Source of the DNA: Vermamoeba vermiformis
Lineage: Eukaryota
Length of the DNA: 64,000 nucleotides
Direction: 5' to 3'
Assembly (NCBI GenBank): GCA_045837725.1
Contig: JBEWZL010000175.1
Span: 62,001 to 126,000 of the forward strand
Below are positions 52,615 through 64,000 of the stretch, piece after piece. Each line of letters opens with the position of its first letter. Within the stretch, counting starts at the first letter, position 1. Made by a program: the position numbers and the translations under genes. A model generated the notes under the pieces. That model searched no databases, was not told where the DNA came from, and was given only the letters and a program-made list of their open reading frames with translations.

Positions 52615-52818
52615 ACTGTGTAGGGAGCCGAAGACAGCTATGTAGAATACTTAGATACTATCTATTATGCCGCGCGTATGTGCGTTGCAGTAAATACTGA
52701 TTAATTCAAAAAAAAGGAAGCAGATGCGGTTTTTGGTCGTTAGTAACTTAATTTTGAATTTAATACTATGAATTTTGTTATCCATACCGGAAGTCCGGTT
52801 TATAATAGCAAACCAAAT

Positions 52819-53627
<809 letters not shown>

Positions 53628-53772
53628 TGCTTCCTTTCAACAAAAATTGTGGCGTAATAACTAATTATTATTTGGTGTGTTTGAGCTCAAATAACTACTT
53701 AAGCACGCATGAAAAAATTACGCGTGTAATGCAAGCCAAAAATAGCATCACTAAAAAAGGGTTTTACCAAAA

Positions 53773-53853
53773 TGGGACATCTACGGCGGGATTTGAACCC
53801 ACGTCTCGAACTTGGCAGTCCGCGTTCTCACCAACTATACTACATGGATGCCC
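53773..53853 (-). tRNA. tRNA-Gly(GCC)-like gene with a 6-nt anticodon loop and extended acceptor pairing
   Basis: Minus strand: GGGCATCCATG TA GTAT AGTTGGTGA GAAC G CGGAC TGCCAA GTTCG AGAC GTGGG TTCAAAT CCCGC CGTAGATGTCC CA TTTT. A and B boxes intact. Confidence 0.7.
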
Positions 53854-54109
53854 AAACAATAATAGTGCTTCAGATCTCGTTAACCCAGCCATAATTGAGC
53901 TTTTTCGCGAACCACAGCTAACTTTTAATTAATGAATTATTCTTCGATTGTTCTAGAATCTAAGATTAGTAGTTAATACATCAGTAATTAATGCGGCATG
54001 CGTTGATGGGCAATGCGGCCAACTTCGACAGCGTCATACCATTCGTAACGATACGAACGTACTTTGGACTTACTTTTGTAACGTATTGTGGTGCTATCCT
54101 TATCGTGGC

Positions 54110-57100
54110 TTATTCGGTTTGCAACGCACCGAAAAACAGCCTCAGTTCTGGTATGCCATGCTGTTGAAACAAACATTTCTCGTCGTATTCTAGTGACAAT
54201 ACCATCTGCTTAGCGAGCAAGTTGAGTTCGAAGTTATCCCAGAGATACGTCGGATTCGTCACTGCTTGCACGATCTGCTCTTTCGTGAACTCCGAAAAGT
54301 TGAATAACGTCAGTCTGTACAACTGAATATCAACATAAGCTGCTGATGTGAGATAAATAGCTCGTTGAAAGATTTTTCGTGCCTCGACGCACTTCTCGGG
54401 AATGTTTCGATAAATTTCCAAGTACGACGAAATTCTCTTGTCCAAGCCTGATTCCTATTTCAATGTCAACAATGAGAACGCTAAATTTGATTGCAATTGA
54501 TAGTTACTATTGGCAAGCTTAAAACTCCGAAGTATGATACGCAAACGGCAGTTAGTTTGTGAAAGTGCGCCGTCAAAAGTTTTTCGTTTACCGAGTCCTG
54601 ACCAAGGTTTTAGCATTGATAAAAAAGAGGAATATTACTTAAAATATGAAAAATAACTACCTTTCTAGCGCTAAAAAAGTACTCATTGAGACCACAAAAG
54701 GCCGCATAAGCTATGCGTGGCCATTTTCTGCAAATTGAATCCAAATAATCCAGAACAGCATTCTAAGCCCACGTTAACGCATATTACCAAATTGAGATTT
54801 ACTTACCAAATCGGGAAAAACGGAGGACGTAGCAGTCGAATTAGTGTTGTCCAAAAAGTACTTCAACAAGCTGCGTAGCGTGCCGACATGAGGCTTTGAA
54901 GATTCTTTAAACAGCTGCATGCACTGCAAAAAACAAGAATTAGTATCGCACTTTCAAATATTAACTGATCGTGACTTGTTACCTGTTTGATGCAAAAAGC
55001 AAATGTTAGATCCGTCTTCGAAGCAACACCAAGTGGTAGCGTATTCATCCTTATGTAGCCAACTAGCAAGCAAATATATTGCTGTAAGTCTAGTGGATCC
55101 AAATGCGACTTCAGTTCTTGCAGTAGTGTTAATATCGTGTTCATATTAGCCGCGGTGCTTTCGACCAAAAACAACTCTGCAAGTAGCAAGTGCAGAATTT
55201 GTTGTGCATGCTGCTTGAAAAAATCTTGCAACGCAGGCTTGAAATAGATCAACGCGTGCAGCGCTGGTGAATTAATCATTGCTTCCTAAAAAGGAAATGT
55301 CAAATATTTGATATCCTTACGTCAACCACATTATGTAAGGAAAATAGGTTTTTTTTTGTATTTTTTTTTTTTCTTAAAAATTGTACTCGAAAATTCATCG
55401 AGTTTTGTCGGTAACTTACCGCTTTTAATAGTTCCAAATCACATGGCTTGTATTCTAACCGAGACAAAGGCTCAATGATATAATCGGATCTGCTCTCGTC
55501 CAGTTGTATTTTTTCTTCTTCTTCGAAATACTTTGTCGGCACTGTTTTATGATCCAATTGTGCTTCCAAACGCTCAATATATTGGTTCATAGAATACGGC
55601 AGTTCCTTGACCAGAGAACGATTCATGACCGCATCAGAGCCAAGTTTGTGCACCATAATGTAGTTCGCCACAACAGCGTCCGCTGTACCAGGAAATTCAT
55701 TCAGCAAGATTGATAGGATCTGACTAAATGTCTCGTGGTCATCCACAAACAGCCGTAAAATGTGGTCTTGCACCTTGACGATAAAATCGACAACATTCAA
55801 GTTCAAATAAGATCCGTTCAGTACGCTGGTAATTATATGCTTGATATCGCCATCAAATTCTTCTCGAAGTGCATTTTTTCCTAGGAAAGAATTGGTGATT
55901 ACCTCGCATTTGAAACTCAACGGATTCCTTACCTAATTCGATGTACGCCACAGTGTTTTCAAGCACACTATTGTAGCTTAAATTGTCACCGTATGAATAA
56001 ATACTGAGAGTCTGTACAAATACGCGCATTAACGCCTTTGTTCCAAGTAAGTGTTACAGTAACTTTTTTACCTCTTTGAAAAGCTGGCTAAATGCCAATC
56101 CAAGTCTCGGAAGTTCATTGAGATCATCCAACGGCCAATGTATTTCAACCAAGGTTTGATTCATTTCCGCGAAAAGTTGCTTGCCAATCAACCACGTCCG
56201 ATTTGGCGGAAGTGAACCGAGGGCCCTGAGCACGTGCGTGAAGCTTAAAAAACACCTGTTAAAATCAAAATTGAATGCACAAGCAATACCTGTACATAGA
56301 AGGCGTTCTTAAGTACTCGATCAATTTTTCAACGACATTTACGAATGTTGCATCCGGTATACACACCATTGCCACTTTGTTTGTTTCGCAAATAGAATAA
56401 ATGATGACAGCCGCGTTTCTTTTTAATGTTGGATCATAGTGCGTTGACGCATTCAAAGCAATCCTACGAAACGTCACATTAATAACAATTTTAAAACTTT
56501 ACAAAAAGTTACGAAAATTACTTGAGCATTTCTTCCCCAAAAATCTGACGGAAAGAAGAAGATATAAAAAAAGCAGCTAGTGCACATGCTTTGATTTTGA
56601 CATCGCTTTCGTTGAAGTAATAATGCCAGACGACGTCCAACAACTCCTGATCCAGCTCCGGATCTGCCGCCAAAAAGTAAGAAATTTGCATACGAACGCG
56701 ATTATATAGACACTTACAAAATAATAATTTAGATGAAGCAGGGATCATATGATACTTGTATTGTTTTCCGAAATCAAGTTTTCGGGGCTTGGAATCTAAG
56801 GCGATAACGTTGCAGCATAATCCACGGAACAATCGACGGGACGTTCGACCCAATGTGTTCAGCTGTTTAAAGGCTTGTACCGCTATTTTAAGTAACTCTT
56901 TGTTGTATTTGCGGGCGGTTGCGCCACCGCTCATCATCGTTTGCTGAAGTTTTACGCCAACTCTGCAAATATAAATTAATGATTGATACTACAATATAAT
57001 AAGCTCAGTACGTACAGTAAGCCGTTATTGGGGTATTTCAAGAGCCTCTTCGCGAGTTTTTGCAACTTTTGGAAGTTCATCTTGGCTTCACGCTTCAAAT

Positions 57101-57854
57101 TACGTTTCAGCAGTAACACAAATAGATCACAGAGCAATAAAAATTCAGCGACTTCATCGTTAACCCCGGTAGCAGCTTTCCTTAAATACTGTTTGCAAAC
57201 ATCTAAAGTCAATTCTTTGTAGAAGTGCTGATCCAAGTGTTTGCGTATGCTGACTATCTCGTTAAATCGCGACCTTAACGCCAATTAGTAACGCCTATAA
57301 TTAGCAAAAAATATTGCTTACATAATGTAATAATACCGTCGCCAATCAACGAGGAAGAAAGAGTTCTCTCCTAATAGAATCGGTCAGATCGCGTTGAAAT
57401 TCGGGCATTAACGCATCTAAAATTAGAGTACCTTTGATAGTGGGCACTAATAGGTTATGTGGTCCAATTTGAGCTTTTTCTAAAGCGTCAATCAATTGAG
57501 GCGTCCATTTTGCAATACTGATCTCGTGTCCGAGCAGGTCTAAACAAGATTGCTTCCAAAAACCAACAGAATTCGATATTCGATGCCATAATTTACATAT
57601 TACTGAATATTGCACTGCAAAAATATTAGGTAAGAAACAGAAAGAATAGCCAAATATTTCGGGAATTGAAAATAATATTCAATTCGTCATATAAGCCAAT
57701 TAATATTAGTGATTTATTCGATATTGAATAATAATTATTAATAGATTAATTTTCGAGCGGACAAGAACGTACTAAAGTTGGTTTTGGGAAGTAAAACCAA
57801 GATGAGCTGCACAATCTCGTCTGGAAGGTGAGCGAACGTATATTCTATCTCCAT
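54110..57854 (-). CDS. F-box + long alpha-helical (ARM/HEAT-like) protein with many short introns
   Basis: MEIEYTFAHLPDEIVQLILVLLP..QYSVICKLWHRISNSVGFW. Leucine-rich helical exons join through short GT-AG introns. Confidence 0.65.
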
Positions 57855-58030
57855 TTATATAATACTACTACAGTATTCATTTAATGGCTCAGTTGTTTTC
57901 ATTGGCGTAGCGTCAAAAATGAACTTTTCAGTCAAACAATTCTTTTCTCGACCAGAATTGGGTCAATTATTATATTAGAAGATTCAGTCACAATTTTTCG
58001 CGTTACTTTCGATATTTATCTTACAATTTT

Positions 58031-60012
58031 CTATACTACAGATACTTGCGTGTTGGATCGGACACGAGGACTAACCAGCGGTGTTCCACCTACTTCGCTA
58101 GATTGAGGAGCCGCTGATTTGGACGATCCCCCTAAAGAACGAGTCTTGAACAGTAGAAGCTGGGTTATTGCGGTTATTTCTAACGAAAACTGTCCAATTC
58201 CTAGAATTGTGGCCCACGCGATCGGGTTATTTGGCGCGGTGCTTGCCAACGCAGCACAAACCCGCGTAATAATTAATGAAGCAGCGCATACGAATATTAA
58301 TACAACGACCTAGAAATGACGTTAAAAGGAGCATAGTTTTCAAAAAAGGATGATCGAGGTCGTACCTTGGTTATTCTTTTCGAATTCTTTTGGACTTTGG
58401 ATGACTGGTCAGTTAACAACGTCTTTCGTAGTTTAGCGCCAAATATTATCCAAAGCACGGTCACACATAGAGTTATAGCAGCGTAGATGGCATAAATAGC
58501 AATCAGCACTACACTGATTCTGATGACTTGGACCCAAATAATGATCAACGCTAGGAGGACCATGAGCACGGCACCTCCCGCGATGAAAGGCTTCCATAGC
58601 TTTTTGGACCAAGTTCTCGATATTGGAGAGACTTTAGACGTCAACTCAAACCTGCGACTCGAGATCAGATAAATTTAAATTCAAAGAAAACGTTTAAAAA
58701 TGGTGAAATAAGTACCTAATGTAGTCATATAAACACTAATAAATGATTGAATATTGATTAATAATTGCAGGCGTACCAGTAAAAGCTGACCACTAGCGAC
58801 GAAAGGAGCATCATGGTGTCGGGGAAGAAAATGCTCACAAGAATGATAGCCGCTGGAACATCTATAATACCAAAAGAGCCCAACAAGATCACGAGCACCA
58901 TGATAATAGCAACTATAATAACGATTAGGTAAGCTCGTTTTCGTGATGCAGATCTGACCACTTACTCGCCATCGCAAGCATAATCAACGCCAAACTGACC
59001 TGAGTAACCGATATTTTACTTTGCGTGTACCTAGAATATCGTATCATTTTGATTATAGCATAAACTATAATCCCCAAATCGATCACAATGTGGATCGCAG
59101 CCAAAACGACAGCACCGGCACTTGTGCCATAGATCTGCCAAGCATTAGGGTCTGTGAATGCTATTAATATCCGTTATATACTTATGGGACATAACTAAGC
59201 GCTTACCTCCGGAAGACAGTATGACAGTTACGGATGTTGAATTTTGGATTAGCTCACGGAGGAAGTCTCCATCCTAACATTTATGTTTATAAGCTAAATT
59301 TTGTGCTAAAATAATGACATTTCGCTGGCTAGAACTTACGTCGCCATCAACAAAGGTAATGGGTATTAAAATGTCACTTCGATCCATCAATGTGTACGTG
59401 TAATAATCACGACCCGCTGCCGTCGTCACCGCCTGATGCTGAATGATACCCTATATATTTTTATTAGTATCAACACCAAGCATGCCGCAGTCAGACTTCT
59501 TGTTAAGACTTCGCAACGGCACTAGCAAATCCACTTACAATTGCACCAGCTTCTTGCGCGTATCTGGCTTGCTTTTCTAGCGGACATCTATCACTGAATA
59601 TTAGTGCTATTTTTCCAAGCACGACGTTCGCGTTATTCAGTTCGGTGCAGCTGTTGACGGGATCTGTAATCACCAACTCGCCAGTGATATTGAAAGTTGG
59701 AGGTCCTGTACTAGCAGACGATGGCGTATTAATGTGATATTCAATCGGCGAGAGGATCTGCAGGCCATAGCTCGCGGTAATGAAAACCTAAATGAAAACT
59801 AATTACTACACGGTTTACAGATAAACAATGGTAAGTAACACGGCACCAATCCATATTTAATCAAATATTTTCGTTAATTATATTATATAAACGTTAAATT
59901 GAATCAATCGTTGCGCAACACGAAGAAGCGCGAAGATTAATTAACGGATTAGAAATTGAATTAAAACACGTACGCAAGCAATTAATAGCTTTAGAGGCCC
60001 TGTAGTCATCAT
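58031..60012 (-). CDS. PA domain + ~7TM membrane protein, paralogue 2
   Basis: Signal MMTTGPLKLLIAC|VFITASYG; PA-like FNITGELVITDPVNSC..VLGKIALIFSDRCPLEKQARYAQEAGA; TMs IVYAIIKMIRY..ISVTQVSL, VVSFYW, IIFGAKL; S-rich tail. Confidence 0.7.
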
Positions 60013-60741
60013 AATCACAAAAATTGTAATTAGAAATTAACAGGCAGATTTTGTGTTCGGCTCGAACAGAGGGCTGTCAAAGCTCGTCACACAAATTACC
60101 TACAAATGGCAAGCAACAACAACAAAAAGCCAGCTGCAACTTTAGCTTTTCTACTACTACTACATACCACAGTATCCATGCTCCGTTAATTTCTATGCCG
60201 GAGATGTTACGCTGTAGCGCTTCTTTTTGTCCGAACAAATCTGGAGTCATAATCCCACAAAGCCAGTCACTAATTCCTTGGCATGTCGGCAACGTTGGTA
60301 ACGAGTCTAGCAAACTTTACATTAGCAAATCATCTTTACTAGCGATGCAATAACACAAAATTTCAATCCGATCAAGATGCAGAAAAGGGTAAATAATTTT
60401 AAAAAATCTAGTTATGCATCGTAAATGTGCAATTAAATTTCTAATTCGAGGTTCCAGGATTACCTAAATTATTTACGAACGCATCTGTGTTGTTATCACA
60501 AAGCGATTTCTGCTTGAAGCTTGAGCCGAATGCCGCAATAACTTACCACGAAGTTCAAAATTCAATGATAAAATGATATGAACGAGTTGTGCAGTTTAGA
60601 ACTGGTGGCAAAAATGTAAGCAAGATTCTGCAATTAAATCTTTTTCAGTCCTGACGAAACTACCTCAAAAGGTATTAATCCGATAGCCGCTGTCCTTAAC
60701 CGACCTTATATTAGTTGACGGCGCTATCCGTTGATTTTATT

Positions 60742-62530
60742 ATGGTAAGTGTCAAATCCGAATTAAATACGGATGCAACCCGTCAGAGCACCGATGCGTT
60801 GTTAGTATAATAATTTCTAAATTTAGCAGTTTTTTAACGCTTAATTGACCAAGTTCTCACAGGATAAAGTCCCCAAAGAGATTAAATCAACGATTTTGAA
60901 TTATTTGGATGATAAATCACGAAGAATAGCTCGAGTTACATGCCAAGAGTGGTTTAATATTATCGATTACTGCAACTTTACTCTTTATTTGACCAAAAAA
61001 TCAGAATGGCCTCAGATCGTGGACCGACTTTCCTCATACTCCAAACCAATCAGTCTCAAGTTATCAAAAAATATTATGAACAGCTTAGAAGATATCAATG
61101 AGCATTTACTGCGCTTAACAAACGTCACATCCTTGCATATTCAGAATTTGAAATCAAAGGGAAGACGGAATGCGGAATCAGAATGGTTTAAACTCACAGC
61201 GTTATCAAATCTTCAAGGAGTTGCTATTGGAGACCCCTTTTACGAAGTGCCATTAGAGCCATTGTTGCATTTACCAAAGCTTGCAACATTAGTCGTACAA
61301 CCTGATCAGATCAGCTGCGCGGACCTTGCCCAAAGAATTCGGCTATTAACCAGCTTGGAAAGCCTTAGCTTCATTGAAGTGGAAGATCCAATTAAGATCA
61401 ACTTGTTCGAAGAATACCAATCCAAAATGTCGGCCCTGATGTGCTATGTCCCGGATGTGAAGAAACGCGTCGCAGAGAAATGGTTCGAAAACTTGGGCGA
61501 GCTTAAAATATTAATACTTAATATCACCGAAGGAGATAGCGACGATCCAATTTCACTCAAATCGCTGACATCTCTCAAATGTTTGGCACTGAGCGGCGCG
61601 TATTTTCATGAACTGAATAGCAAACACTTGACATACCTCGAAGTATACCAAGCCATCGATGAAACTTTTGAAGAAGAAATGATCAACGCAGTCAACATCA
61701 AGCAGCTGAAGATTAATCGCAAATTGAAGTCGTATCAATGGTTAACTGCCCTGACCGCCCTGGAGAGTCTTGACATTGTTAGCAAACAAAACGACATTTT
61801 GTCATTTGTCTCATCCAAATTGACGAGTTTAAAACTCAGTGTCAAGAAAAATCCGCTTGATCTGGATAACTTGACGAAGTTTGAAAATTTGAAGCATTTA
61901 CAAACTGACCAACTCCTTGACAACGTGTCAGTAGTAGGACACTTAACGCGTCTAGAATCGTTGAAGATGCTGTTTGCAGTGAAAGAGAAGGCCATAATTG
62001 ACACCAACTTTGTATCCGCAATGTCAAGTTTAACGCGTTTAGAACTCTCACACAGTTCGGCAAAAATATCACATCTACCACACTTGGAGCATTTGGTATT
62101 ACACCTTCAGTCTACTTGCAGATACACTGGTTTTGTGGACTTGCCAAAGCTAACTCATCTGGAGCTGTATCAAACCAACCGACAAGACGCTTTTGATTTC
62201 TCTTTCGTGTCTCAATTCACCACGCTTAAACACGCTCATTTGCAGCTTGACTTCCCATTCTCCTATCAGCAACTTTCAACGCTGACGTCACTAGAATTCT
62301 TGTACCTTGTGTTTAGTGGATCCGACTTCGAACATTTATCACCAATGACGAGATTGACCTCACTAACTGCCCGCGGAGTTATATCAGAGACTATGCTACA
62401 GTTGCCTACGTCGTTACAAGTGCTGAAAATGGAGCTACCACAAACGGATATAGGAGCTTCGCTTGTTGAAGCTGCCGTAGCGCGATTACCAAACTTATAC
62501 GAATACTTTTTTGAGGCTGCTTCTCATTAA
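60742..62530 (+). CDS. F-box + leucine-rich repeat protein, ATG-only first exon
   Basis: ATG|GTAAGT..CACAG|DKVPKEIKSTILNYLD..ARVTCQEW; many LxxLxxLxL repeats (LTSLESLSF, LTALESLDI, LTRLESLKM). Confidence 0.8.
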
Positions 62531-62749
62531 AAATGTTTCCTTTTATAACTTATAACCAAGCAAGCTTTGTTCCGTACTCTTTCTCACTTTTATCTACGAC
62601 CACGCAAAGCCAAAAAAGATTTGATCGATTCTTTTGGATGAGGTCATTAAAATCGCCCAGCGTTGTCCATCATCAAAGAGACCTACGTTTAGATTGCGCC
62701 GTTCAAGACAGTCAAATTTCAAGCTAGTTTCCGCAGTACGGTTGACTAC

Positions 62750-64000
62750 ATGGTCCGTATAAGTCAGATTTGTTTCACTACATCTCCAAATCTAAGCGTA
62801 AATTCTTCTAAAAATTACAAAACAATAAATCTATCGTAGCTCTTTATTTAATAACTTTCTAATACAGGATCAGTTGCCAAAAGAAATTAAAAAAATTATT
62901 TTGATGAAATGTGACGATAAAACGAGAAGAGTAGCCCGACTTGCGTGTACAGAATGGTTCAAATTTATAGATTACCATGATTATACAATGTATTTAACGA
63001 AAAAGTCGGATTGGCCTCAGATCGTAGATCGTTTATGTTCATACAGCAAACCGATGAGTCTTCGATTACGCAAAAACATAATCCGAATAGAAGATATCAA
63101 TGAGCATATATTCCGATTAACTAACCTCACGGCACTAGAGATTGACTGCGTTGCCGAAGAAAGCAGGATCGAATTGCTCAAACTTACGGTGCTTTCCCAG
63201 CTACAATCTATTGCATTCACACGAATGCTTTCTGCCAATGAATCTCTTGCTTAATTTGCCAAATCTCAAGGTGTTCAATGGACCTTACGGAAGAAAAGTC
63301 GTCAGCGATGAAATACTAGCACGAAGCATTCAACGATTAACGAATTTGGAACGCTGCACAATCCAACAATACGATGATTTTGATATTAACTTATTTGAGC
63401 GCTATCAGACCACCTTAACATCTCTTTGTATTTACGCGCCGGGCCTCAACAAAGTTACGGCAGAGAGTTGGTTCGCAAATTTAGGCGGTCTTAAACAACT
63501 TGATTTGGGCGTTGAAGATGAAGAAGATGATAATATCTACGAGCGGATGTCGCTTCGATCGCTTACACTGCTTGAAAGTCTCGTTCTCAGCGGACTGCAG
63601 TTTCACGAACTGAACAGCAAGCACGTGACACATCTTGAATTGATCAATGCTGACGAACAGGCGATAGCAGATGAAATAGATGATTTGATCAATGTCAAGC
63701 AACTTTCATTAAATATGCCTGTCGAAGATTACGAGAACGAATTGGATCTGCAACATTCGTACCAATGGTTGACAGCTATGACAGCTCTTGAATATCTCAA
63801 TATCGAGCCTATTCAGTATAACGCATTATCGTACATCACATCAACAAATTTGACGTGCTTAAATGCTGTAATTGCCGGAAAAACTACTGCCGATCTGGAA
63901 CACTTAACGAAGTTCAATTCGTTAACAGAATTTTCACTAGAGAGTAATCAATTTGCAAACACAGCAGTACTATCGACGTTAACACAACTTAATTCATTGT
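62750..64000 (+). CDS. Tandem paralogue F-box + LRR gene; +1 frameshift at ~63230; runs off the window
   Basis: DQLPKEIKKIILMKCDDKTRRVARLACTEWF..YLTKKSDWPQIVDRL is very similar to the upstream copy; LRRs continue in a shifted frame. Confidence 0.75.

Noticed and set aside
60051-60353. Short ORFs on both strands upstream of PA-7TM paralogue 2
   Set aside because: No domain, start or splice support.

Overview
Gene-dense, intron-rich eukaryotic nuclear DNA with GT-AG introns and YTAAY branch sites. The gene content suggests a free-living protist, possibly an amoebozoan, but the taxon cannot be established from the sequence. About 27 protein-coding loci can be assembled by hand. They include LIS1, CLU1/cluA, an F-box-JmjC protein, OGFOD1/Tpa1, a GPR107/108-like protein, ARM-BTB, a CAMK-type kinase, a P450, an AKR, an MDR, a SnoaL-like protein, several F-box/LRR genes and surface or membrane proteins. 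Two non-canonical tRNA-like genes are also present. Main signals: (1) a sharply bounded ~3 kb CpG-depleted island over a SAM/P-loop/nuclease-like (Crinkler-type) gene in otherwise CpG-rich DNA, consistent with locally targeted, heritable 5mC; (2) GATCGGATC-type clusters and TGACA arrays in long introns; (3) animal-like components, namely a spliced 79-aa stathmin-like gene, a P450 with mitochondrial-clan features and a presequence, and an inactive trypsin fused to a Death-like domain; (4) two PA-domain + 7TM paralogues; (5) a catalytically dead M19 dipeptidase. Several single-base +1 insertions and two low-complexity blocks indicate consensus or assembly errors. All coordinates and family calls come from manual reading, with no database searches.
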